In this document: positions 1 through 48,166 of the stretch, in pieces | Layout of the letters: the number at the start of each line of letters is the position of its first letter | How positions within the stretch are numbered: the stretch's first letter is position 1 | NCBI RefSeq assembly: GCF_000002075.1 | Contig: NW_004797554.1 | Location: 692,667 to 756,666, forward strand | Direction of reading: 5' to 3' | Length of the DNA stretch: 64,000 bases | Origin: Aplysia californica | Lineage: Eukaryota | The notes under the pieces: generated by a model | Seen by the model: the letters and a program-made list of their open reading frames with translations, nothing else | The model's database searches: none | Told to the model about the DNA's origin: nothing | Program-made: the position numbers and the translations under genes

Positions 1-27
1 GGTTGTTTTTGTTTTGTTTTTCCCCAG

Positions 28-200
28 GGACTCCTGGGTGCGAGCCTCATCTCGGTCCGATGTTGTGTCCTTGGGAATGGCACTTGACACAAAATTTCCC
101 ATTTGGCTCGGTCCTATCGGAGATGGGCGTTAAATTTGGAGGTCCAGCGAGCCTCTCCAATACCCTTACTGTGATGCTAGGGGCGTTAAGCCTCTGCAAT
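28..200 (+). mobile_element. tRNA-derived SINE (CORE-like), + copy
   Basis: Degenerate B box then TTGTGTCCTTGGGAA; matches the inverted copy at 859-1026. Confidence 0.65.
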
Positions 201-858
201 TTCGCACATTTTTTCGCTGCTTCTGATCCTCCTTGCCCCCCCCCCCCTCCTCATCCTCGCCTTATTCCTCTTTCCTCCTCACTCTTCTCCTACACCCTGA
301 ATACTGGTGGGTCCGGAAAACTAAGGCTAGTGTGAGTTGAGTTAATAAATTTTGTCTCAAAATTTTACAAGTTGTAAGAAGTCTGTTGCTTTCTCTCCTC
401 CGTTTTAACCTGACAAGCATTAAATTATACACGGTAACAGTAACAGTTAGTCTTTTTGCTGAAAACCCGACTTCGGTTCCCGATTGGCATAGTTGTTTCA
501 TCAGATATCTCCGCCTTGCATCCCATCCCACTCAGCCCTGGTTGGCCTGACAGGAAGGGTCGAAGCAGCCCGCCTCCTTTATGGCCTACATATGTCCATG
601 CAAGCGTAAAATCTTCACAATAATAACATTGTTATTTCAAGTTGGTTAGATGACATTTTCACGAGCCATGACACGCAAGACTTAATAAATTTGAATGGGC
701 TTATTTTCTTTTTTAATTTTTACCGCCTTGGTTGACACTATTTAAGGCAGCGTCGAAGCAGCCTGCCTCTTAAATAGTCTAAATTACGTCAATGGGGCAC
801 GTATGGTACGTGTATAGGTTTAATGCCCAGGCCAACATTATTATGTTATTTAAGAGAT

Positions 859-1026
859 GGGACCTTTGAGTTTAATGTCCATCTCCGAAGGGACCATGCC
901 AAATGGGAAGTTCGTGTAAAGTACCTTTCCCAAGGACACAACATCAGACCGAGCTGAGGGTCGAACCCCCCGAACCCACAATCTCGCGATTGCGAGTACG
1001 GTAGCCTAGTCTATGGGGCCTTACAC
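859..1026 (-). mobile_element. tRNA-derived SINE (CORE-like), - copy
   Basis: GGGTTCGA B box on - strand, then GTTGTGTCCTTGGGAAAG. Confidence 0.7.
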
Positions 1027-1054
1027 AATGCAATTCCTCCAACTCTTTTTTCAG

Positions 1055-36145
<35,091 letters not shown>

Positions 36146-38172
36146 TCATATAAATGAACTGTTACAGAAGGGAAAACCGAAAAGTAAAAAAGTGCTGGAC
36201 GTGCACATCTTCAGCGAACTCGATGAATTTTATGATGCAGAGAGGAAAAAGAACCAGACTGTACATTTTTTAATATTCGGGACTCGAATATGAACGTGAT
36301 GGAAAGTAGAAAAATTTGATGGAATACGTGAAAGTCAAAGGACAATTGTGATTTTTTAATTATTATTACCATTCCCCCTGAAGTGGCAAGCAAATTTCGT
36401 TCGACAGATTGTAAGTTTGTAAAAATATATGCGACTTTATAATCTCTCTGGTTTCATTCTCCCAAAATGCAATATGTAGAAAGTAATATATAACCTTTGT
36501 TGACTTACAATTTTGCCCAGTGATTGGTGTATTTTGATGGGCCTGTATGAAAATCTGTATATTAATTGAATGTGATTTTTTAAAGACAATTGTTTAGAAG
36601 ACTTATTATCCAGTAATCAGTTTGAAATTAATATATTTCTCAAGTATTGGAGATAGTTCAGGTGTTCATTGGTGTTTTTTTATATGAGCATTCCCTAATA
36701 GTTTGAAATCAAAGAGCACTTAGTTGAAATGGTCATTGCATGAGCCATATCCAGTCCATGATGAGTATAGTTACCCTCAATTCTGATAGTTATGAATACT
36801 ATCGTACCTATAAATCTCACAGTGAAACATTTAGACTCTGTTGCTAGTTATGAGATGCAGCAGTTGTTCATCATTTGAATCAGGACAATGTACTCTTCAC
36901 AGGGACTTGAATAAAACTCTCCCAAAAAGTCATTTTAATGGTGGAGGGGGGGTAAAAAAGAACTAAGTGTAAAGTTAGAAACAGATATTGATAGAGAAGC
37001 TGAAATATTACTCCAATTGAAGATGCATTCAATTAGAACAAGCGGGAAACAGGAAAATGTCATTGTATGCTGTGAGGGAGAAACGAAAGTCTAGTCAGTT
37101 GGCGAGAAACAAGTGCTGTGATGTTTACTCCTTTGAATTCTAATCTTCTTCCCCCACCCCAAGCCTTTAAGTAAGACCCATGCTCATGGTCGTTCTTCGA
37201 ACAATTTCTAGATTTCCACCACTGCACTCTGAAGCATGGATTCAGTTCGCTGAAAGGTAAAAGTAAGGCAGACTTAAGAATGTGATCAGGTCAAGTGAGT
37301 TATATATGACAGATTATTGGTCGCTGGTCCATCTTGGAGGTTGATGGTAAATCAATGGGTCACTGGAAGTGGTTCTCATTTCAGGGTAGACAGATACTTT
37401 ATTTCACCACAATGCTGGTCCCAAAGTCACTACTGTGGGAGAAATGTTTTCTTTGATTTGTTTCTCTATCCTCACAGGAGAAAAAGAAAAGGAATCCAGA
37501 TACAATGACTGTGAAACCATGATCCACAGGCTTATTTCCAAGAGAGTATCTTTCTTGCTTTATGATGTCGGGGGGGGGGAAGGGTACAGTTCAGCTGGTC
37601 TTTTCTGAACATGGTGCTAATGGCTCTCAGCTCTTAAGTGCCTAAAGGTCTGTACTAACATATGACTGACATTTGACTGTTACAGACGGAACACAGAGAA
37701 ACTTGAGGAAGTGTCTTTATGACTACTTAGATTTCCTCACAGAAAAGTAAATCGTACGTAGTCAAAATACAGATTTTATACTTGTTTTTATATGAGAAGG
37801 AAATAATGGGCTGACTTCATCTTTTTCCACAAACGAAAGTACTTCATTCGGGTTCCTGCCATATCCTGGGCTTTCATCTGATGCTCATCCAAACCAAATT
37901 GTGTTTTCAGAACTCCCCTACCATGAGGTTCTGCCAACGTTTTGTTTTCATGACAGAAGAGGCAGCTGTATGCTTGGGAACTCGGTAGTGTGTTGACATT
38001 TTTTCTTTCCCAAATTACTAGTTTCATTATTGCGATTAAGAATATTCAATGGTTTCTAAGAATGCTGAATTTCTGTGTGTGAATTAAAGGCTGTTTTTGT
38101 AGTGGTGTTGCTGTAAAAAGTCCAGCTGTGGTTTAGAGTGTTTTTATTAATAAGTAGGACCACAGTTATGAG

Positions 38173-38327
38173 ATTGAGCTGAGCTGACATTCTCTGTCTG
38201 GAGGTTGAGCTAAGCTTACATTCTCAGTCTGGAGGTTGAGCTAAGCTGACATTCTCTGTCTGGAGGTTGAGCTAAGCTGACATTCTCTGTCTGGAGGTTG
38301 AGCTAAGCTGACATTCTCTGTCTGGGG
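38173..38327. repeat. Tandem repeat, 31-bp unit x5
   Basis: TTGAGCTAAGCTGACATTCTCTGTCTGGAGG. Confidence 0.9.
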
Positions 38328-41300
38328 GGTAATATTCGTGCTCTATTATCCACAATACTGGGAAGGAATCAATGGCTGAATTGTTCTTTCCCGTCTCCTC
38401 TCTACATGTATGGAAGGTATATAGATTGAAATATACGAAGGCCCCAATACACAAAATGGTGAATACATCGGTTAGGGTTCACCTGGTGGCACAGTGACTT
38501 ATGTCATCAGAAACACATGATCAAGCTGTGTGGCATGAAGACTTAGTCTCACTATGAGCAAGGTCCTCTTTTTGCTCTTCACACCTCAAAGGTTGTCGTA
38601 GCACAAGCTTTATAATAAAAGAATAGATGACATGTCAGCGTAACACTGTGTTATTTGCCTTTTGGGGTTGTGACAGTGTTTACTCTCACTTGAATAAAGA
38701 AGTTTATTCACTGATTCTTCTTATGAAAGTACATGTGGCTTTGACTGGCTTTTTGCTGCAGCACGTTTTCCCGTCTGACAAAAGGGCTCTCAAATGCTAC
38801 ACAATTTTTACTCCGTTTTGTCTTTTTTCTGGACTAGTATTTGGCCTCACTACTTTTGTGTTTTACTTGTTGGATTTCATTCTAGGGTTCTGTGTTTATA
38901 AACTTGCAAAGGCTCATTTTGTTTCCAGTCATTTTGATGTGTCATTCAGTCTCTAAGGATGTAATTTATAGGATTGTGTTTGAAAATGGAGGTTTCCATT
39001 GTCCATACATCAGGGATATGTTGAGAAAAAGTTTTTAAAAGTGTTATGTTTTTGGGAAAGAGTGAAAAGCGTTATATCGTCGTTAGTTCTTTAACATTGA
39101 TATTATATTGGTTTCTTAAGAATTTGCTAGTTATGAATTCCTATGGAGTCTTTGATAAGACACAGGAGAGCCAGACAGCTCATCAGAAAGAAAAAATAAG
39201 ATTTGGTCTCTTTGTAAAATCATTTGGATTCAGGTTTGACTAATTGCAACATTGTATTTTTTATTTGGCCCAAGAACTCTCAATTCTCTGTGAGATTTGG
39301 TTTAATTATTTGTGCCTGTCATTTGTTCCATCACTTTGTTGACATGGTTCTTTCAGCTTGAGAAAGGAGAGTGGGAGTTTGAAAGTGTAAGTGTAAGATG
39401 CTGACGTTTTTCCCCCCCACTTGCCTTTGCTTGTTGATGCATCGGGTTACACGTTCGAGTATGTTATCCCTTCTATTTCATCCTCTCTCTATGCAGCTTT
39501 AAGCAAAATGCCATGTTGGTCTGTGTGAAATGCTTGTTCATTTGTAGAGATCTGATATATTTACAAAGTTTGAAGTACCTGTTCTAGTGTACTGTGGTGA
39601 TGAAGCTCAAATACCGGGCATGTCCTTTTGTTTCCTCCTAGTGTGTGCTTGTTCAGTTCTGAAATATGCTGATTGAATAAAGCTTGTAACTGTAATTAAA
39701 TGACAAGCAAATCGGAAACGATGTTGGGACATTTATTTTCTTGTCAGTCTGTTGCACAATTGATGTTGACTTGTGTATAGATGCTGAGATGCCCCGACCC
39801 GGCCCCCATTCCCCCTGTGACCTACCCCACAAAATGACCCTTGCTGAGATGAGGTTTTGTGGTAATGGTTGTATATATACATTGTATTTTATTTGTTTCT
39901 ATTATATGATATATTATATAATATATCCTGACACCAGTGACTTCTGGGATTTTTTTGGTCTGAAGATTGGTTCTCATGTACGTTTTGTCTCGCAGGGTGG
40001 GCCAAAATATGTCCATAAGGGGGTGTAAAGCAGGGTCATTCTTATTGACTCGCCAACTGATTAGTAAATGACAAGACAATAGATTAACTGTGAGAGCCAC
40101 AAGGCTGATTAGTAAATGACAAGACAATAGATTAACTGTGAGAGCCACAAGGAAAGTGAAGACCTCACACCCAGAGATTTCCTCTTTCATGTCATATGTG
40201 CCTCAATGACATGCATTTGTGCAGCACTGAATTTGGTTTTCGTTGAAACAGGGTGAGTCATTTAAAATAACTCTGTATTTGTTCACATGGCCATCATAAC
40301 TGAGGTACGTACAGGTCTTGATGGGTCCACAAATAGGGTTTATGTTAGGAAAGTAGAAATGGGAATAAATCCACCATATTTTAGTTAGCTCCTTGCTCTT
40401 GGTGTTTGAAATCAGCTCCAAACGCAATACTTTAAAAGAGAAGTTGAGGCGTGTTCCTCTCTGCCGTCAAAGTAAATGACACAATGGGAATAGTATTTTG
40501 TGACTGTAGTTTATGGCCAGCTAGATGTGAGCTGTAAATGTTTCCTCTCCTGTGTATGGAAATCCTTTTGGCCCACTCTGAACGATAGTATTATATTTGC
40601 AGGTCTCAGACAGTTAGTTGTGATTATTTCTGATCTTTTTTTTTTAGATTTGTGTTTGAGAAGAGAATTTATTGAGGCATCTGTTGACATTTGTACTACA
40701 GATTGTGGGGTTTTTTTTCAGTTGAGTTGCACCAGTGTAAATTGAGACAGAGGGTTTTTGTTTGTTTGTTTGTGGGGGGTTTTTTGGGTTNNNNNNNNNN
40801 NNNNNNNNNNNNNNNNNNNNNNNNNNNNNNNNNNNNNNNNNNNNNNNNNNNNNNNNNNNNNNNNNNNNNNNNNNNNNNNNNNNNNNNNNNNNNNNNNNNN
40901 NNNNNNNNNNNNNNNNNNNNNNNNNNNNNNNNNNNNNNNGGGGGGGGAACTTGTTTTGTATTTTCCCTCTAACATTGGTGCCAGGGTTTTGTTGTTTTGT
41001 TTTGTTTTTCTACCACGTGTTTAGCTGTTTCAACCTTCCCACCCATGATCACTCAGGCTGTGAACTTCATCCAAAGCCATGCCATGAATTTACTACGGTT
41101 ATGCAGACTTGGTTTAGCAATTGATTGGACAGTGGTTGTACAGATTTTAATTGCCTTACAACCACGTCTCACAAATACTCACAATGTACAGTAACTTGTT
41201 CAGTATCCGGAAGGTGTATCTTTCAGTATATAGATGATGTAATCAAGAGGTTTGTGACATTCTGCTTTCTCCTGTTCATCTCTACAGGAGTAGTACGTAA

Positions 41301-44300
41301 AGTTGTAACGATTTCTCGCTCTGCCTCTTCTCAAAGGGCCTGGTGTTGTTTTGGCAATAATTGGTTTCCTTGTATTTTTAGCCCTACATATCACTACCTT
41401 CCTCTGATATAACTGGTTTCGTCATTGGTGTTCATTTTTCACCCATTTTTTAAAAAAAAAGTTTTGTTGCTAGTTTTTGTCATTTTGGCAGGGATTTCAC
41501 GTGTGAAAATGGTTGTCTAAAATGTTTCTTTTGTAAGGGAAAAAGAAAGAAAGTCGTTGGGTGCACTTTCTGAACTTTCAGACAACTCGGATCAGTTTTT
41601 ACTCAACGGATTGCTTTGTGTTGTGAGGTTCTTTTCTGTATCATTTGAGAACAGATGGGCTTTAATGGCACTTTACCAAACTTATGAATTTTTTCTCTTG
41701 CAAAAACGGAATTTTCTTCTGTACTGTCAGCCTGGCCAGTTCATTTTAATTCCTACATGTGACTAGAAAATCAGAGCGATGGAACTGGTATTGTTGCTTT
41801 GGTTTTGTTCTACTTTTTAAAATATATTTGTTATGCATTTTCATCGGGGATTGCCTAATGTAAAAGCAATTTCGTACCTCATTACCTGGATATATTGACT
41901 CAGAGACCCAAGCTCTGAAATGCGGTTGTGTTTTTGTGCCCTCTGTTTTATTGATCACTTTGATTGACTGGCATTCCTCGAGGTATTGTTTCCAAAGACA
42001 GCGCACAGACTGAAGCCTAGCACTTTATTCTGTTAGGAGTGACTCTGTATTCTATTGCAACAAAAGCTTCCGGATAAGACGACAATCATTCGGGGGTATT
42101 TTCTCTTACATTTTCTCCTTCATTCCTGTGGTAGAGCTCAGGGGTAGCTGATCGTTGGTGTAGGTTTTACAGCCCACTATAACTTGTAAATGGTGTGACA
42201 TGTTTTCCTAACAGACCCCCCTTGTGTGTTTCTGGCTTTCACCTACTAACTGATGAAAATACCGTACTCTTAATCATTTTGTGGGTTTTTGTTAGCTTTT
42301 TTTGGTCAATACATTGGCAACATGAGGCTTTTTCTTTTTCTCAACTATCATGGTATTAGTTGAGTGAAATCAGTTGACAGGATTGATTTGATGCACCTTC
42401 AAGTTAAGTCTGACCTCAGGTGAGGTCAAGTATAGAGTTATTTCTCTGTCAGGGTTTGAAGTAATGTTTGTCTAATGAAGGCACAGATGTTATCACCTGT
42501 TTCAGGTTCATTATGAAAAGCTTTCCTATTTTTCTGACCTCCCATTTCTTCTCAACATGAGGAGAGCGCCGGAAATTAAAGGAGTAAAAGTCAACAGGGA
42601 CAGGACGGCGGTCGGGAAAGTCAAAAAGAGCAGTTCTCAGTCCTATTTTTTTTATTTTAACAAGTGACCTCATGTTCATTTCATGAGACATCTGGGTCAC
42701 TTACGTCTTTGTCATTCATTCCAGTCTCTTGTAGCTTTGTGTGTTTTAAATGAGTACGTTACCAGAGCCTTTTCCCCCGTTTTTGGTCTCAATTTTGCCT
42801 CGGAATATCTCTATGAAACAAATTTGTTTGCCCACCCCCATCTATACCATTTGTGATGTATGTATTAAATTTGGAACATGCGTATAGCTCAGTATTGTTT
42901 TTGTTGATTATCTGAATACCCCCCTTTATTTTGCTCTCATAGCTTTATAACGTGTAGTGTAAGATACAGTAAAAAAAAACCTATGGCTTTGCTTTAACAC
43001 TGCAACTGCAAGTTGTTTTTTACTTAATACTCAGCATAGCACTTACAAAGAAGTGATTTGTTTGTAGTAAACTGTTTTGGAGTTGTAGCAATTTTGTTTT
43101 TCCTTTTTTCAATAGCGCATCAGCAAAGTTTGTATCAGTAAGGTAATGATATCAGATCTAATTATTTCGTCTGCTTCATAATTCTTAGTTATATATACCA
43201 ATTGCTACCATTGTATAGGAGGACTGGACAAAATGCAGGGACAAAAGTGACAAACGTAAAATTTGTGTTCTGTATTTAGTTTGTGAGCCCAGCGAGAGAT
43301 ATATTAAAGTTGACAGACTACTGTACTCAACTTCCTACCTTGCAAGTTCCATGACAAACTTTTTGACATATTTTTGAGTTGAGCTTGTCATTTACTGGAT
43401 GCTGGGTAGATATTTTACTTTTAACCAGAGAGTGCAAACCATAGACTGGCCTTTGCACTGAGGGGAAATATTCTGGCAAGATTCTTCGATCCAAAGCTTG
43501 AACTTCTCTGTTCATAAACATGTTCTCCTGTTGCCAGTTCCTCGGCAAGCTGCTTCTGGGGAAAATCATGACTTGTTTGTCTTGTAGTCCATGGTAGGGG
43601 CTAAATTATTGAACATTGTTTGAAGTTTTTCTATTTTCTTTATGTTGGTTAAGAAAGTTTTTTTCTTACTTTTTTGTTTTTTATTGTCGATTATTCATTT
43701 TGAAAGCCTCAATCACGAGTCTGGTATGTTGGTCATAAATTTACTTCTTTAATCTTTTTGTTCAAGAAACGGGGCAGTGTTTTGTATAAATACACGTCCT
43801 GTTTTTATGTGCTGGGGACAGTACATGTTGCAGTGGTATTAGGCTTTCAGCTTTCAGGTTTATGTGTATTCTGTACAGATCCATGTCTTGAAACCATACA
43901 GTATGCATGCTTGCTTTTTACTTGCTTCTTTGCAGGAACTTTTCGGCCAGCATTTTTACAGTGTTGTGTTGGGCCCAGTCGCTTTGCTGAATTTCCTCAA
44001 ATGTTGTCCTATTCTCTTTGGTCTAGTTGAGAGTTCTATGAATGTGAGCTTCAGCTTAATCCAGTAACCTGACAGGTTGATTATTTGTTGGTTAAGTGCC
44101 ATGTGCTGGACAGCTGAGCCCACAAAGCTCACAAATTTTGAATCAACTGTTGAAACTGTGAGAGGTTGGATGAGAACATTGCAAACAAGGTTATTTCGTT
44201 CAACTAAAGCAATTTGCCTTGGACATTTCAGGCACTGACTCTTCTTAAACAGGGTCCCTTTCTGAAATGTACAACGTTAATTTCTTGTGTTAAGGCTTCT

Positions 44301-45751
44301 ACATATTAACCTTTTTGGGGTGAGCTTGTAAAGTTAAATTTATGGGGGGGGGAAGTGTAAGTGGCAGAAAAAGTCATGTTTCCGACTAGTGTTCAGAATT
44401 TTAAAATTATCTGAGCAGAAAGGTTTTGAGATCCCTAACAAATGCTTAATCTGATTCTGTGAATTATTAGATTAACCTCTTCACTGTCACACTGGTTTTT
44501 AGGGGGTTTTTTGTAGGCTATATATTATTTAAGTGCATGTATATATACGATCCAATCTTATAGTCCGTGACAGTCTTGATTCAGACAGTGAAGGGGTCTT
44601 GGCAGAAATATATGATTTAAGAAATATATTTGAAAGATGAGTTAATAAACATAGAGAGCAAGTAAAAGCAAATAAAAAGAGAGAGAATATAAGTAAAAAG
44701 AGAGCAAGTATAAAGAGAGAGAGAATATAAGTAAAGAGAGAGCCTGTATAAATAGCGAGAGGGAGAGAATATAAGTAAAGAGAGAGCCTGTATATATAGA
44801 GAATGAGACAGAAAAATGAACAGTAAATTCAATTATTCTTTCACTTGTGTAGCATTCCCTGATGACTTCATCCACGATTACAACCTGATAAAGATTTACT
44901 CTTTCGACATCTGAAAGGAACGGCTGTACACCTGTGAAAAGAGTGAACCAGAGTTTGCAGTGCTTTTCGCAGCTAACAATATTATGATATGTAGAGCTTT
45001 TGTGACAGTACTTTGGCAAAGCTGGTACTTTTACTTTTGGACTGTAAATACCGTGTGCCAGACAGAGAAAGTGCGATGACTTTCAGAGCGTGTAGTTGTT
45101 GATGAGTAAATCGTGTCGCGTAAACTGAGAGCAATTTTGTTCCTTGGTCACGAAGCATCGTGCAATCTCCATCCATGTCGTCTGACACCCAAGTGGTCTT
45201 CTTTGTACTTAATTTGCAATGCGTTACAGAGCAGAACTTACTCGGAAGCATGTTGATGATGTGTATTTTTCTCTACAGACAAAATGTTGTCCTTTTGACT
45301 TTTGAAAAGAAATATGGCAATATAATTATAATGATGATAGAATTATAAGATGTCTGGTGGAGTTTTCCCCCTCTCTGTGACTTTCAAACTGCCATCATCA
45401 ATATGTTGGACTTTCAAGGCGTGAAATTTTCATAAATCTTTTATTACCTGAAGCCATAACCACTGTTCTTTGTTAGTAATATCAGATGTAAACAATCTAT
45501 GGTATTAATAATCATATGACATTACAAACTGGATCCATCATAACTCACTCCTCTGTCCAGACTCTAGGGTATTTTATGTTGTATAATTTGTAGTACATTA
45601 TCTTTATTTCTTCTTTTATACAATATATAAGAAGTGACTAGTTGCAGCCCCTTGTGTTGGTTTGTCCATCTTTGACTACTTTGAGTTCCTGGTCTTGTAT
45701 TGCTTTGTACCTGTGTGCAGCATGAGCAACATTATTATTGCAAAGGACATT

Positions 45752-46183
45752 TGTGAGGCAGCGTGGTGGAATCAGGCTCTCGTCAAAATAATCAAAATGA
45801 AGAAACTTGCATTTTTCTGCTGGTTTGTGAATTTTTATCAAATTTTTGGTTTTTGGCTCTTCATGCCCATTAAAGAACTCATTTCTGTGTGGATTTTTCT
45901 GAAAAACGTTGATTAAAGGTACAATAAATGTAAATTTTCAGTTGCCAAGGACTTTTAAGCTAAGGAAATAACTAATCTTTGTCTGCCATTTTCTCTCTAA
46001 TTTTTACCTCTGAAAACAAGTGACCCCCACCTCCTTCATTTGCAAATATCTCGACTTGTATTCAAGATAAATGGATATTTTTTTTCATCCAAATAAAGAC
46101 AAGTGAACAAGCTTTAAGATGATACCAATAACTCTACATGCCCAAAAATTGACGAGAGCCTGATTCCACCACGCTGCCTCACA
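45752..46183 (+). mobile_element. MITE family A copy 4
   Basis: Same TIRs; TT flanks. Confidence 0.9.
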
Positions 46184-47565
46184 TTTATTTAACTCATCCT
46201 ATTTTCCTATGTGGTAAAATCCAAAAAGTACTTCCTTAGACAAGATACAGCACTACTTGTACTTGTCATGCCTTGTCAGATGGAAAGTAAAGTAGTTTAA
46301 AACCTGTTGTCCATGAGGAGCTTCGATTCTTCCGTCTATCTGACAGTTTTTATAAATGAAATGATAATAATCAAATTCCTTTCATGATTTATTATAGACC
46401 TGAAAACTAAACAAAATATATATATTTGGTTAAAATGAGGTGGGGGGGGGGAGGCAATGAAATTGCAATTAATCTAAATTAGTAAGTTTCCTCCATTTTA
46501 GGATTAAGGATTCAGTCTGTCCATTTTGTTCTCTTCGCTCAAAGTTTTTGTGTGACAACTGACAAGAGCTGATAGACCTCCTCAAGGACGTGTGTCCATT
46601 GCTCCAGGCAGTCTTCAGAGTCACCTCATTCCTTGTGTAGTGTAGGCGATTATAGGCTAAAACAGCACCTAGACATGGATGGCTGGTGCCTCTATAAATA
46701 AATCATTGATGGTCTGGTAGTGTAGGAGGGTACTTAAGTCTGCTGCTCAGTAAATGGCAAGATTTGTACGATATTCATATTTCACAAGTTCCATGAAAAG
46801 GGATAAAACCCAGAATTAAGAGCCTCCATTTACAACTACTATTACAGAATGTTTGTATTACTGACATTTATACTACAGGAGCGTACGAAGGAAGGGTAGT
46901 GTGTGTTAATGATCACAATTTGAGTTTCTTAAGCAGCCGTTGATTCCTGAAAGATTTAGTTCTTTTAGTAGAGCAAATCCAAAAGTTGCTTTTTGTTACT
47001 GCCAAACTGGACTTGACATTTTAATTCTTTTTGTTGGAGTGTTTCATATTTTATCCTCGTTTTGACAATAAGTGTATGAACTTAGTACGGTAATCACCAG
47101 TTGTGTAAGAAGTCTAGAGATTTAGGCGTGTATTTTAATCTCATTTCACATTTTAATTTTTTTTTTTTCAATTGTAATTGATCACGGGTTTTTAAATGCC
47201 CCAGCAACAACCCCTACCCTGTCAAATTCCCCCCCCCTGAGTCTACTTGTATGCCCTGTCCGGTAATAAAATATTTGTATATTTATTCTGTGTTTTAGGA
47301 GTGTAACTGCATCCCTTAGTTGGAGTGGATACGTCCCATACCCGTGTCCTGCGATTTATGATGCATGTATTTATGGATTGTCAGTAAAGGAACACATAAC
47401 GGCCATGTGATAACCATAACTGAAATAAATACTATGTTTATCGTACCAACATCTTCTATTGCATTCAAATTTCTTTATTGTCGGTTGTCTCAAAAATGTT
47501 TGTTTACATAACGTTAATAATAGTAATGATGATTATGGTGATGATTTTGCTGATTATAGATTTAA

Positions 47566-47777
47566 TCATTATCATTATCATCATTTTCATTATTATTAGT
47601 AGCAGTATTATTATATCATTATCATTATCATCATTTTCATTATTATTAGTAGCAGTATTATTATATCATTATCATTATCATCATTTTCATTATTATTAGT
47701 AGCAGTATTATTATATCATTTTCATTATCATCATTTTCATTATTATTAGTAGCAGTATTATTATATCATTATCATTA
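47566..47777. repeat. AT-rich tandem repeat, 50-bp unit x4
   Basis: AGCAGTATTA recurs at 47601, 47651, 47701, 47751. Confidence 0.9.
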
Positions 47778-47926
47778 ATGTTATTATTAACCTATTACTT
47801 TTTTATCGCTTTCTTTTTTATGAGGGAAATTATTTTTCTTTGCTCGTTCCTTGTGTTCCAGATATTTCCGAGGAAGACATCTAAAGTTTGAACTCCTAAT
47901 GGAGGTAAACATAATTATTTTGTTAA

Positions 47927-48166
47927 GTCTATCCGTACGCCCTGGGGTCATTTTGTACTCCCAGGATTGTATTCTTCACATTTTAAAATACTTCTAGTAG
48001 GAAGATCTCTTTGAAACTTTCAGTATTTCTCAAAAAATTGTTTTGACAGACTGCTATGCAAAGCGCACGAATTGGATTAACGAGTAAATTTCCTCTTTGG
48101 AAAGTGATGGCACAGAGTTCTCCACGTCGTATGGATATGATAGTAAAACATGACGTACAGATAGGA
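47927..48166 (-). mobile_element. piggyBac-like MITE copy 2
   Basis: TTAA on both sides; reverse-complement similarity to 10996-11236 over the full length. Confidence 0.75.
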
